A stretch of DNA of 64,000 bases from Octopus sinensis. Its lineage: Eukaryota. Positions 12,194-24,815 of the stretch are shown one piece after another; within the stretch, counting starts at the first letter, position 1; every line of letters begins with the position of its first letter. The translations under genes and the position numbers were made by a program. The notes beneath the pieces are model-generated. The model made no database searches. It was given only the letters and a program-made list of their open reading frames with translations, and was not told where the DNA came from. Location: NCBI RefSeq assembly GCF_006345805.1, contig NC_043002.1, positions 18,600,001 to 18,664,000 on the forward strand. Reading direction: 5' to 3'.

Positions 12194-15100
12194 GCAAAAG
12201 TATGTCTGTGTGGTCCTTCACTACCACATAGTTTGGGATTCAATTCCAGTGTGTGGCAACTTGGGCAAGTGTCTTCTCCTATAACTTCAGGCCAGCCAAA
12301 GTCTTGTTGTTGCAGTGGTGGTGACTCTTCTACAATGTCTGAATTTCTATGAAAAGTACAGCTAGAATGTACTCACTTTTCAATAGACCACCATAACTAG
12401 TAACAAGGCTGACATATCAAAACCACACAGCAACTCTTTAATTTTTTTTCTTTAGTTGACCAAACAAAGAAATTAAGAACACATAAACTGGACAAAGAAT
12501 TAACTCACCTTTAATAGGTCAAGATCATTGTCGACATCCTGGCTAGTCTCAGCACAAGGTGAATCAGTATGAATTAAATTATAAAGTCGGACCACATCAG
12601 CAGCATCAGATATTCTGTAAGGTGAAGATAAACTGTGAGAATGTTTTGTGTTGGTGATTGTAACTAGTGAAGTTAAATAACACTCAACTGATCAGCACTC
12701 AACAATAATGAAATAAATAACTTCATAAAATATTGTCTCTTTTAAAATTCTGATCTCAGCACCTAATCAAATCAAATCCATAAATGACAAATTGTTACTA
12801 TCTTACTTTGGCGTTAGGAAGGGCATCCAGCTGTAGAAACTCTGCCAAATCAAGATTGGAGCCTGGTGCAGCCATCTGGTTCACCAGCCCTCAGAGTCAA
12901 AATCGTCCAACCCATGCTAGCATGGAAAGCAGACGTTAAACGATGATGATGATGATGATTACAGTCATCATCATCATCATTTAACGTCCATTCTCCAGCT
13001 GACATGGGTCAGACAGCTCGACAGAAACAGGCAAGGCCAAGAGCCACACCAAGGCTCCATAGTCTGATTTGGATTGGCTTCTACAGTTGGATGCCCTTCC
13101 TAACACCAACCACTTTAGAGAACATACTGGGTACATTTTATGTGGCACCAGCACCCACACCAATGCTTTTTACATGGCACCTTGGTATTAGGATCTCAGT
13201 TGTTGTAGCAGGCAGGTCTTCTCAAATAAAGCAATGCACCACATATCTCAGTTGTTTGTCATCTCCTTCATAAGGTTCAGTGTTTTGAGATCTGCCTTCA
13301 GTAATTCATCCCATGTCTTCCTGGGTTTCCCTCTTCCATAACTTCCTTCCAAGTGATCAGCATTTCTCTATGTAGCTATCCTCATCCATCTGCATCACAT
13401 GATCAAACCAGCAGTCACTTCTCTTGCACACTGCATATAATTCCTCTGATGGTCAATTTCTCTCTCAATACATCACTGCTCTGTCATACATACACACTGA
13501 CAATCGCACATCTAGTGGAGCATACCAGTTTTGTTCCTCTCCAGCCATCACATGTCCTCCACATTCAGGGCCCACATCTCACAACCATACAACATTCATA
13601 CACATGCATCAAACAATTTTTCCTTCATTCAAAGTGGGAGTCCTTTGGTTGCTAACAGAGGTCTCTGAACTTTCATCATCCTATTTTAATTCTAGCAATT
13701 AAACTTTCTCTACAACCTTCTCCTCTGCTAATTAGGTCACCTAAGAAGCAAAAATTATCTACAACTTCCAGAGAGCCAAAGGGGCATTTGAGGAAATCAG
13801 TTTCCCATGATGTGATCTTTATAGCTCCAGTACAACTTCCGCATAAAAACATTTCTTTCTCTGTTTACCTTCCTACTATTTCACTGCACCTCTTGTGTGT
13901 TCATAGCTTGCACTTGGTACCCCGAGAGGGATTTTTGACTACACCCTTCCTACATATCAAGCAGGGCCATTTACCAGAAGGATGAAGGGTCCTATCTGAC
14001 TTCTTGCTTACTAGGTAGGACCTTGGTTCTTGCTTGAGTTTACTTTAAGACTCTTTGATTCTAGGTTCTGTTTCCATACCTGGAATTTCTTTTCTAATTT
14101 TGACAGATTCTGCTATGAGGGCAAGATCAACAGCATATGGTAGTTCCCATGGGCTTCCATTCTTAAATTCTCTGTTATGGCCTAGAGGACAATGATGAAT
14201 AAGAGAGGGCTGAGAACCGACCCATGATGTACACTAAATTCATCCCTGTACATGGCCTGTAAAACTTTCACAAACCATTTATCTATTCCTAGCTTCCTCG
14301 GAGATCACTATATCACAGAGTGAGGTACTCTGTTGAGGGTTTTCTCTAGATCAACAAATGCCAAGTACAATAGTTTGTTCTTGGCTAAATACTTTCCTTG
14401 CAGTTGCCTGACTATGAAAATAGCATCCATGGTGCTTCTCCCCAGGACAAAGCCAAACTTGATTTCATCTAGTCGAATTCTAAAATCGATTTTATATAAT
14501 CCGTGTCCTCCATTTCAAATATTCTGTGGAAATATGCTTAGCCATGAGGTAATTTCACTTTGCTTAAAAACTGGTAAGGTTTGGGAAGAGGTTATAGCCA
14601 TAGAAAATCTGCTGCAATGACTTCAGAGCATGAAAAAGTAGACATTTCAACAATGATGATGAAAAAGTTTGAAAACAGTTACTGGACGGCCTAGCACTGA
14701 ATTGGGAGAAAGAAATAATTATAATCAAATATTTACTGGTTCCGTTCAATCATGTCCATCAGCAACCGGTCAACTTTGTTATACCATATATAGTAGAATA
14801 CCATTGGACCAAAGTGACGTGTAGATCGCAGTGTATCAAAAGCACCAACTTGTCGAATAAATTCATATGTCCTTTGTGTTATCTGGAAAATAAAATTGCA
14901 TAAGGATAAATATAAAAAATATTAAAATACCTATGCACGCACACACACTTATGAGACAGACCTTATCTATCACCCAATTAACCCCATCATCCACCGAAGT
15001 CAACTTTGCCTTTCATCTTTTCAGGGTTGATAAATTAAGTACCAGTTGCGTACTGGGGTCCTCCCCAAAAATTTCAGGCCTTATGCCTAGAGTAGAAAAG

Positions 15101-18100
15101 AGTATATAAAATTCAATTACCTGAATGTAGTCAGGATGGTCTGGTTCAAACTGGATACAAGCTTTATCCAAGATGTACTGAAAGGAACCTTTCTCAAGTA
15201 ATTTCTGAAAAACAAAATTATAAAATTACATAAGAAAGAACATACATTTAATCTCAAGCCAGTTAGAAAGTTTGTATGTGGCCGCTTAACCTGCTAGAAA
15301 TAAAGCTTCATCTCCTTCAAAAAAAGAGATGCATTCAATAATGTAGCTCAGAGTACACAATGCTTGAGAATAAAATGAGACTGTCATAACTAGAAGCCTT
15401 TGATCATAGGCTTGCTCTGTCAGGACTGACCTGAGGTTAAACAATGACAACATTTGTGGATTGGATACACATGGCCTAGTGGTTAGGGCAGCAGACTCAC
15501 GGTCGAGGAATCACAGTTCGAATCTCAGACCGGGCAATGTGTGTGTTTATGGCTCCGGCAGAAGGTAATGGTGAACTTCTGCTGACTCTTTCGCCACAAC
15601 TTTCTCTCACTCTTTCCTCCTGCATCTTGCAGCTCACCTGTGACAGACCGGCGTCCCGTCCAGGTGGGGAACCTACACGCCAAGGAAACCAGGAAACCGG
15701 CTCTTATGAGCCGGGCATGACTCGAGAAGGAGCAAATAAAATGACAACATTTAATGAACTTTATTAAATTTTTTTCAAGTTTGAAATATTAGATATCAAC
15801 ATCTAAGGATCATTTGTCTAAGTTATTACAAGTTCACATTTAGGTCTTATGAAAGCACAGGTAGAGCCATAGGAAATACATGAACATCACACAGTCTTCC
15901 TTTCAATTATAAACTTGATACAATCAATCCAATAGGAAACAAGGACAGTCAATGGAAAAGCCTCTATGTGGCCACTCAAACTGGTAGAAATAACAGCTAA
16001 GCCTCCCTCAGATTAACCCTCAAGGAGAGAACCCATTAGGTAATGTGTAGTACCTTATATACAAAAATATAAAGGTTAGTCATGGCTAGAATGGCTTTGA
16101 TTATAGATCTACTCTGTCATGGCCGACTTCGGGGCTAAACAACAACCAACCAAGATAGAAGAGATCAGAAATTTATACACTGTTACTGACAGTCATGTAG
16201 ATCCATGGTCAAGATACAGAGCCCTTAACAGCTCAGTCTACCTAGCCACATGTAGGGTACTGTGAGAAGGTATAACAACTTACTGCTGAAAGCATGACAA
16301 GAACTTTAAAACTGAAGAGTGAACTGTTGGCTAACAAAGCACTGAATTCAATTTCTACCACAGGGAAAAGTCATCTCTGATAGACTAGTACACGACAGAC
16401 ACAAGAGACAAAGTACCAGTCCAATATCGGTATAAGGCTACAAAATTGAAGTAAGGGGAGAGGGTAATTAATTAAGTGGTACATAAAAAAAAAATCAAAG
16501 ATCTTTCCTCAGCCAAAGGATCATAAGGCCAGTTTCCCAGATTCTGTGGTACAGATACTCTCCCTCTGAACAGGACGTCAGTCCATTGCAGGATAACTGA
16601 TTTTTCCACCTAACTGGAGCAACTTGAAATGAAGTGCTTTGCTCAAGAACACAATGCATTACCCTGTCCAGAAATTGAAATCACAATCTTAGGATCATGA
16701 GCGTAACACCCTAATCACTAGACCATGCACCTCCACAAGTTGTACTTCACTGGAGCATATTTTATCAACTTCTTTAAGGGTCAATATACAGTTTGAGACC
16801 TCTTAACAAAAACAAAAAAAAACCCAACTTACTAGGTGTAGAAAAATGTGTCGAAAACAACTATGAAAATATTTATGCAAACAAACGGGTAGGGAGAGGG
16901 AGAGGACTTTCGGAAAATTCACAAAATCCGATTTTTCCCTCGTAACTTTCAGGAAAATGGATGTCTTTTAATGAAATTTTACAGAAACACCTTTCAAACA
17001 GCATAGATTACGATTATAAGGCAATTTCTGGGGAAAATGTTTTCCGAAGGGGTGGGGAGAGGACTGTCACAAAGTTCACATAATCTGTTTTTTTTCCCTC
17101 CATAACTTTCAGGATCTAGTTTAGCACCTGGTCACCAAAAGGAAAAAAAAAACAGTCTAATAGTTTTAAAAAAAAAACGTGTAGAAAACGAATATGAAAA
17201 CAAAAATTTGTGCAAACATACATGCACATACCTTCGTCTTGGTTGGCAATTATTTGAGAGAGGAAGGTATAACTTGGCTGCCTCTCTCCCCACCCCTTCG
17301 GAGAACATTTTCACACAGAAATTTCTTTATAATCGTAATTTGTGCCATTTGAACGATATTTCTATAAAATTTAATCGAAAGATATCCATTTTCCTGAAAG
17401 TTATTAAGAAAATATCAGATCTTGTGAATTTTCCAAAATCCTCTCCCCGTTCGTTTGCACAAATTTTTTTTTATATTCGTTTTCTACACATTTTTTCACA
17501 CCTAGTAGGTTTTTTTTTTGTTTGTTTTTTTTGGGTTTTTTTTTTTGGTTTCCGTTAACAGGTCTCTAACTGTATATTGACCTCTTCAAGGATGAAAAGC
17601 AAAAGTTGACCTCAACAGAATTTGAACTCAGAACATAAAAGGACATCTCTGAATATGGCAAGGCATTTTGTCTGATGTTCTACTGATTCCACCAAGACAT
17701 CAAAGATATAAATAAATAAACAATAACAGAAACAGAGTAGCCTTGATTAAAGAAGATTACTATACAGTTCTATATTTAAGAGATGAGGAATTATTTACAT
17801 TATTTACATTCGACGGATATTTGTTCTCATCTTGTTTGTTGTTAACATGTTTTGGCTGATATACCCTCCAGCCTTCTTCGGGTGTCTTGGGGAAACAAAC
17901 AACAAACAAGATGAGGACAAATATCCGTCGAATGTAAATAATGAAGATTACTATGTTGTTTTATAATTAAACTGAAAAATAATTGGGTCTTTCTTTTTTT
18001 GTGCCAAGGAAACTTACCTCTAATTGTTCCCCTTGAAACATTTTGGGACTCAATATCTTACGCCCTTCAAAAGGAAAATATGTCTGTATAAGTCTTGCCC

Positions 18101-18499
18101 GTTCATCAACTGATGCATGCCGGAGTTTGCCATCTGGTTCTCGAACCACAATAAATCTTTTCTGTTAGATGAAATAAAAAAAATAAATTGTTTCAGTTGG
18201 TCGAATCAACCCTGTACTTATCTTTCATCTTGTACTTATTGTATCAATATAGTTTTACTAAACCACTAAGTTACAGGAATATAAACAAACTAACATTGGT
18301 TGCCAAGCAGTGAAAAGCAAATACAAACACAAAATATACACATACATACAATCAGCACAGGAGTGGCCGTGTGGTAAGTAGCTTGATTACCAACCACATG
18401 GTTCCAGGTTCAGTCCCACTGTATGGTACCTTGGGCAAGTGTCTTCTACTATAGCCTTGAGAGTGGATTTGGCAGACAGAAACTAAAAGAAGCCTGTCG

Positions 18500-18531
<32 letters not shown>

Positions 18532-21500
18532 TATATCATCATCGTTTAACATCCATTTTCCATGCTGGTATGGGCTGGACGGTTTGATTGGGGACTGGCA
18601 AGCCAGGAGACCACACCAGGCTCTAATCTGATCTTGCAAAGGTGATACTTTAGAAAGAAATAACTACAGGGCTTTCAAAAAGCTGGATCAGGTGATGAAG
18701 GTCACGGAGAGGGTCATAGCCCAACTAATTAGAGAGAGAGTCTGCTTAGATGAGATGCAGTTCGGGTTTTGTGCCAGGTAGAAGCACTATTGATGCTATA
18801 GTCCTGGTAAGGCAACTGCAGGAGAAATACCTAACCAAAGATAAACCCCTATACTTGGCTTTTGTTGACTTGGAGAAAGCCTTTGACAGGGACCCCGATC
18901 CCTCATCTAGTGGGCAATGCGGAAATTAGGGATATATATGCATGTATGTATATGTTTGTGTGTCCAAAGAAAATAGACATTTGATGATAATGATGATGAT
19001 GACATCCACTAAGCTTCTTTCCTCAGCCTACTTTATGAAACAGTTACAGACTGGATGCACCTAAGGATATTTTCTGTACATCTTGACTTCTATAGCAACT
19101 TATGAACTTCCTATAGTTGGATGAATGTTGAACATATAAGACAAACTGCAATACACTGCACACGTTTGAACTTATTGACTATTGATCTACCATTTTAAGA
19201 TCTTTCTTCCATACAGGCAAAGATTACAGAACTTTATCAAGGCAGATTTCTATGGCCAAATGTTCTTCCAGTCATCAACTCTTCCTTGTTTTTTCAACTG
19301 AGGTTTTTTCATTCCAGTGTTAATCACAAATCCACTAAACTACAGAATATTTGTTCACTGAAGAAAGTAAACAATGTCACCGTTTTTTTTTACTCACATT
19401 CATTTGTTTGTACACAAATACATGTATATGAGTAATCATATATCTCCTCTACAGCAAGAAATTTTTCAGTTCTGGCCCCTTCTCTCTCCCATAGCATAAA
19501 GCCATCTCCTCTATTGTAGATTTATTCATACTATGCTATATATCAACCTCACTAGTGCTGGTGCCACAAAAAACAAAAGTACTCAGTAAAAAGTTGTAAA
19601 GTGGTTAATATTAGAAAGAACATTGGCTCCCGTGCCAGAGGCACGTGAAAAGGACCATTCGAGTGTCATCATTGCCAGCGTCGCCTTACCAGCACATGTA
19701 CCGGTGGCATGTGAAAAACAACATTCAAGCATGGTCGTTGCCAGTGCTGCCGGACTGGCTCCTGTGCAGGTAGCACATAAAAAACACCTTTTGAGCATGG
19801 TCGTTGCTGGAACTGCCTGTCTGGCCCATGTGCCGGTGGCACGTAAAAGCACCCACTACACTTTCGGAGTGGTTGGCATTAGGAAGGGCATCCAGCTGTA
19901 GAAACTTTGCCAGATCAGATTGAACCTAGTGCAGCCTCCGGCTCACCAGTCCTCAGTCAAACCATCCAACCCATGCCAGCATGGAAAGTGGACATTAAAC
20001 AACAATGATGATGATTCTGGTGTAGAAATCATGCCAACAAACTTCAGACCCTTCAGATTTGGTCAAACCATCCAACCCATCCCAGCATGGAACATTGATG
20101 ATGATTGCAATAATAAATAGAAACAAAAATTAGAATTGGATTTTATGTACCTTGTGAGAAACATCAAGTGAAATATCAGTAAACACCAGCTTTTTTTTGT
20201 TCAGTTTATCAAGACAAGTATCATTGGATAACACCACATCTGACAAATCTTTTTGTGCTTTCATTACAGGAGGCATTTGAAGCCGAGCTTTTCCCAGTGC
20301 AACTGCTTTTGCTTGTTCCTAAAAGATAAAAGAAGAAAAAGTGATAACAGAGTAATATTATTATATAAATAAAGGGTAATATTGTCTGCGTAAGAGTGAA
20401 CATTGTTAGAATGACAATGGGTAGATAGTTAATCTCCATGAGGAAGAATACTGAGGGCATCAGTAACTTATACACTGTTAGTGGCAGTCATGAAAGCATG
20501 GTTAGAACTTTAAAACTGAAGAGTGACCATCAGACCTAACAGAGCATAAATCAAAGAAAGATACAGAGTAGTTTCACAGATATTTTCCAATCCAAGAGAC
20601 AAGAGATGGATGAGGTTTAAAAGGAGGCAGCTTAACCAAGAGGTTTTCATGCCAGACAGCCTGCAACATGGCTTTCACAAATAGTAAATGACATAAAAGC
20701 ACAGCTTTCCAGTGGATCTATCTCTACAGAAGCCATCCTCATGGTCACTGAGGTGGCAAAGAGAATTAAGACTTTGAAGAATATTTTAAACAGTCCTCTA
20801 GCTCATCCAACTAATATCTCATCAACCTTCGAGATATTGGAAGCCAGCATGGCAAGCTGATAGTTCATCAGGTCAGAACGTTTGTCCATCAACAGTGTTA
20901 CACGTTTCCAAACAATGGAACAGATCCCAGTAGAGAGATAAAGACTGAAGATTTTGGTGACATGCCACATGTCAGATGTTGAAGTGATCGCAGAGCAATG
21001 TGAAATGAAGTGTTTTTCTCCGAAGTACAACACACTGCTCTGTCAAGGAATTGAAACATGTTCTTGCAATTGTTTGTACAACACCTTAGCCTCTAGACTA
21101 CATGCTTTCATTACCAGTGATATCATCATCATCATTTAGTATCTGCTTTCAATGCTAGCATGGTTTAGATGGTTTGATTGAAACTGGTAAACTGGAGGGC
21201 TGCAGCAGGTTTCAATCTGATTTGGCATGGTGTCTATAGTGGAGGCACATGGCCTAGTGGTTAGAGCAGTGGACTCGCAGTCGAGGGATCGCAGGTTCGA
21301 ATCTCAGACTGGGCAACGTGTGCGTTTATGAGCGAAACACCTAAGCTCCACGCGGCTCCGGCAGAAAGTAATGGCATAATGACAAACTTCTGCTGACTCT
21401 TTCGCCACAACTTGCTCTCACTCTTTCCTCCTGCATCTTGCAGCTCACCTGCGATGGACCGGTGTCCCGTCCAGGTGGGGAACCTATACACCAAGGAAAC

Positions 21501-24500
21501 CGGACCTATGAGCCAGGCATGGCTCGAGAAGGAACAAACTATAGCTGGATACCCTCACATAAAATTGGTAGAACTCTAATCAGTTAACAAACTTGAAGTA
21601 TCAAAGGGTATTATGTGTTAAAATGTTGTGCATGATAAGGTAGGAGTCAGATGATCAGATAGGTGAAGGGATGGTAATAATTTGGCAGAAGCTAGGCTTG
21701 GAGATCAAAAGAAAACATCAAAAGTGTTTGGAGTGTCAACCAGGAATACAAATGGAGGATCATAATAATTGATGCACTGACTTCAAACTGACAAAAGATT
21801 TGGCTTCTGCACCAGCAACATTGGTCAGTGTAATGGCATAGGGGAGTTGTGGATATTGAAATTACTGAGGATGGTGACTTCAAAGAAGGATAATGTGAGA
21901 CAGATGACTAGAACAAGACATGATGTAGCAAATAGCAGCTGATTGTAGTATGAATTCAAAGAGTGGTAAAGGCATCAGGTGATTTTTTAGGACTATGGAA
22001 AGCAGGTTTAAGCAAAGTAACAGTAAAGCTTTGTTGCTGACATTTAGATACGAGAAATAAGAGGTGGAAAGAATAGAATCAACATGCAGTCAACACCATT
22101 AAATGTCAAGCTGGAATATAATATGTATCCATTGGGAGAGAAATAAGTGATGAGATAGTTGTGTCGCAAACAAAAAAAAGGGGGACATCTAGTTTGCATC
22201 TCAGTAAAAGGTGATAGCTTTGTTCCAGATTAATCAAAATCCATGAATGCTCCACAAAGGAGGGCAATTGTCCAACAGGTTTATTGGCTATCTTGTTTTG
22301 TTTTATCATTCACTTTATTCATGTTGTTCATTGACTTGATTTGTAGGTCGAAAGAAGAGGAAATTATAACTTATCAGTTGATCCTAACAACTATATTGAT
22401 ACATTTATGTAGTCCAGTGGGATATCAGTAAACATGAATAGGCCTCCTGAAATCCTGTGCTCGCTGGATATCAGCCCTGAGAATAACCTCAAGAGGTATT
22501 TAACACAGTGTTGGACCCCTGACATATTTGGTGAAGTGACAGCAAAGGAAGGTAATTTCTATCAGTACCTTCCAACAAACAGAGACACTATGGAGAGGAA
22601 AGTGCAGTAGGAATCGGTGTCTTGAGAGATTGTATTAGATAATTGCAACAGAGTAAACTCCACTAAAGTACTCAAGGGTCTGGTTATACTGGACAGCATG
22701 TTGGACCTCTCACCCTACATATCATAAAGCCATACAATTTACCTTTTCAAGTTCCTCTTGGACCATTAGTTTATATTTAGGATTTCTCAGTGGCATTTTC
22801 GTTGTTCTGAAGATTTTCTCTAACTCAAAACCTGTAATTTTCTGTAATATTGCTTGTGTTTTTTCATTAAGAAAGACAGGTAGTGGATCTTTTGACAATA
22901 AGGTAGATTCATTTTGATTGAGTTTAATGGGATCTGAAAACAAATAAAATATTAATCAGAACTAAAAACATCACAATAACCACTAAAATAACATATACTG
23001 CTAATTTCAGTTGCATTTTGTTTTGTGATAGTACTGTACGTTATAAAGTATCAAAATATTCCGTCAGATATCGTGACTGGTGATGGACATTGTTAAGTTT
23101 ACTGTAAATCCTCGAGTATAATCCGCATTCTTTTCCCAAAATTTAAAGGTCAAAATCCCTAGTGCATACTATATACGAGATTAAAAATGAAAAATATTTT
23201 CTAAGTAATGTCCGAGTCTCTATTTGCTGTCTGGCAATGTTTATTCAGGCGCATTTTGTGATGTTGGGCGCGAAAATACCTTAAGCTAAGTCTGAAAGCA
23301 ATGAAGAATCATCTATAACTTGCAGTAAGCAACATTTATTAAAATAAAAGTATTCAGAGTACAGAATAACATGTAACAAAAACAATTTGCAAACATATTT
23401 ACATTCCCATATAACAGTTAAGAACATCACCATTATTGTATTATGCATGCACGGAAGTGCTTGTTCAACTAGGTGCTGCAGGCTTAATTACGCACGACTC
23501 AAGTAGAGAAGGTGTGCGTATTATATACAAGATTTAGGTTTTTCAGAGGTACAGCCCTCTAAAAATCACCTGCGTATTATACTCGAGGATTTACGGTACA
23601 TGGAACTTGCTTCCCAACCACATAATTTCAGGTTCTGTCCTATTGCATGGCACTTTGGATAAGAGTCTTCTACTATCACCTTAAGCCAACCATAACCCTT
23701 TAAGTAGATTTGGTAAATGGAAACTGAAAGATGCCAATCATAATAAATAAAAGGTACTTGCTCAAAGTGTCACACAGTGGAACCGAACTCGTAACTATAT
23801 GGTTGGAAAGTGTTGCACAAAGATACGTGAAGAACTTAATCTAGTTGAGCATTTTTGAAATTTTTCTAAGCAAAACTTAAGTATTACCAAAGCAATATGA
23901 TAAAGATTAAAAAGTAAAAACGTATCCACATTTAGCTGTATAACATTATTTTATCTGCGCACAGAATTTACCTCCGTTTGGGGACAAACTATCAAAAATA
24001 TAGAAGTTAGATGTAGTAACCAGAACTCCTTCAAATCATACCATTCTAACTTTGGCATTCCTTCGATATAACTCGACAAAATCAAAACATTTCACTTCGG
24101 GTATTTCCGTGGAAGCAAATGACAGTTCGATTCTGTTTTCTGTTTGGAAATTTGCATATTTTACATACATACATACATGAAACTATGAAGAACAAATATG
24201 CAAGGCTTTTTTCTTCAAGTTTACAATGAGACATTGCTGGTATAAATTCGTTATATCTATACTCCACAACCCACGGAATACCCGAAGTGAAATGTTTTGA
24301 TTTTGTCGAGTCATATCGAAGGAATACTCTAACTTTAAATTTTTATAAAAAGGGGGACAGGTTCAATAATGAGGTGCTGGGTTCCCTGAACACAGGGAAA
24401 ATGTGATGGTTAGGTTGAGCGATGAGGACTAATGTAGAACTAAGCAACAACAATCCTTTGGAAGCGGTTAATTAAATAGGTATAATATTTTGAAGATCAG

Positions 24501-24815
24501 TTCAGTCAACTGTATATAAATAAATATATCTCCTCTATGAAAAATTGATCCATTGTCTGTAATAAACAATTAACACTTAACATCACCAAAAGCTAAGCAA
24601 CGTGACCGCTGCAGGTGAATTTGTCCTTCATCATGACAAAGAAACAATGATCGTATGCTTTAAAATGAATAAGTATATGAATGTTCTCACTTACCATCAG
24701 TGGAAGTAGAGCAGCATACGGCTGGTAATTTTCGTGACTGAATAAGCGTCTTCGAACACCGAGATATTGACTGTTGACATCTCAATAAAAACACTGGCTT
24801 GACGAGAGAAGCCAT
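8525..24815 (-). CDS. MRPS22: Mitochondrial ribosomal protein S22 (mS22), 8 coding exons, 1068 nt / 355 aa
   Basis: Exons: 24815-24695, 22933-22743, 20318-20151, 18161-18018, 15204-15121, 14882-14737, 12614-12509, 8632-8525. All are GT-AG with phases 1,0,0,0,0,2,0. Peptides match mS22 as I recall it: ARLQMPPVM, LVFTDIS, RFIVVREPDGKLRHAS, QFEPD, LRSTRHFGPMVFY, LELTLQ. The N-terminus is basic and Ser-rich, like a transit peptide. Confidence 0.96.
10090..10220 (-). mobile_element. Mariner 3'-end fragment
   Basis: AAGAGTTCCTGGCTTTGGG terminus; the reverse strand resembles the C-terminal CVNLRG(E)YVE. Confidence 0.6.
11974..12135. repeat. 162-bp palindrome (80-bp arms, 2-nt loop)
   Basis: 6 mismatches in 80 bp by manual alignment. 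Confidence 0.95.
12509..12614 (-). CDS. MRPS22: MRPS22 exon 7
   Basis: ISDAADVVRLYNLIHTDSPCAETSQDVDNDLDLLK; donor GTGAGT. Confidence 0.93.
13300..14465 (-). mobile_element. Degenerate RTE LINE (RT to 3' end)
   Basis: QFGFVLGRSTMDAIFIVRQLQGKYLAKNKLLYLAFVDLEK; 3' GRGKPRKTWD. Confidence 0.85.
14737..14882 (-). CDS. MRPS22: MRPS22 exon 6
   Basis: ITQRTYEFIRQVGAFDTLRSTRHFGPMVFYYIWYNKVDRLLMDMIERN; phase 2. Confidence 0.95.
15121..15204 (-). CDS. MRPS22: MRPS22 exon 5
   Basis: KLLEKGSFQYILDKACIQFEPDHPDYIQ; 84 nt. Confidence 0.95.
16778..17583. mobile_element. ~800-bp foldback element with ~290-bp diverged arms
   Basis: Starts TTAA|GGGTCAATATACAG and ends CTGTATATTGACCT; arms ~16778-17065 / 17284-17583. 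Confidence 0.8.
17799..17942. repeat. 45-bp inverted repeat enclosing a Penelope-like, decayed hammerhead-like core
   Basis: Arms 17799-17843 / 17898-17942; minus-strand CCGAAGA-a-GGCTG-loop-CAGCC-AAAAC. Confidence 0.75.
18018..18161 (-). CDS. MRPS22: MRPS22 exon 4
   Basis: KRFIVVREPDGKLRHASVDERARLIQTYFPFEGRKILSPKMFQGEQLE; donor GTAAGT. Confidence 0.97.
18660..18925 (+). mobile_element. RTE LINE RT fragment
   Basis: DQVMKVTERVIAQLIRERV.LDEMQFGF...RQLQEKYLTKDKPLYLAFVDLEKAFDR. Confidence 0.85.
19620..20015 (+). mobile_element. RTE-tail-type short retroposon (family D) with internal ~66-bp tandem units and a (GAT)n tail
   Basis: GCACCCACTACAC...GGAAGGGCATCCAGCTGTAG...GATGAT; many other copies, e.g. 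10230, 10510, 12810, 32525, 39570(-), 40245, 42880, 45740, 48140 and 54390(-). Confidence 0.8.
20151..20318 (-). CDS. MRPS22: MRPS22 exon 3
   Basis: EQAKAVALGKARLQMPPVMKAQ...KLVFTDISLDVSHK; 168 nt. Confidence 0.95.
20560..21110 (-). mobile_element. Highly degenerate CR1/L2-like LINE fragment
   Basis: WK...SDLMNYQLAMLASNISKV resembles NYRPIALTSxISKV. Confidence 0.45.
21241..21540 (+). mobile_element. tRNA(Arg)-like-headed SINE (family C); second copy at ~15465-15740
   Basis: GGCCTAGTGGTTAGAGCAGTGGACTCGCAGTCGAGGGATCGCAGGTTCGAATCTC head with a non-tRNA body. Confidence 0.85.
22743..22933 (-). CDS. MRPS22: MRPS22 exon 2
   Basis: ttttcag acceptor; DPIKL...FLNEKTQAILQKITGFELEKIF...YKLMVQEELEK; donor GTAAAT. 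Confidence 0.95.
23102..23596. mobile_element. Tigger/pogo-like non-autonomous element
   Basis: TA TSD; ~26-bp TIR C(T/C)GTAAATCCTCGAGTATAAT(C/A)CGCA. Confidence 0.85.
24054..24327. mobile_element. MITE with ~58-bp TIRs and a 9-bp TSD (Mutator-like)
   Basis: TCTAACTTT at 24045-24053 and 24328-24336; arms 24054-24112 / 24271-24327. Confidence 0.85.
24695..24815 (-). CDS. MRPS22: MRPS22 exon 1 (MASLVKPVFLLRCQQSISRCSKTLIQSRKLPAVCCSTSTD; putative mitochondrial targeting peptide)
   Basis: ATG at 24815; 121 nt; donor G|GTAAGT; phase 1 joins exon 2 in frame. Confidence 0.88.

Noticed and set aside
19620-19860. CRISPR-like repeat array
   Set aside because: Degenerate tandem units with no unique spacers, inside a eukaryotic retroposon; no cas genes.
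15465-21300. tRNA-Arg genes at ~15470 and ~21250
   Set aside because: The cloverleaf is incomplete and continues into a shared SINE body; these are SINE heads.
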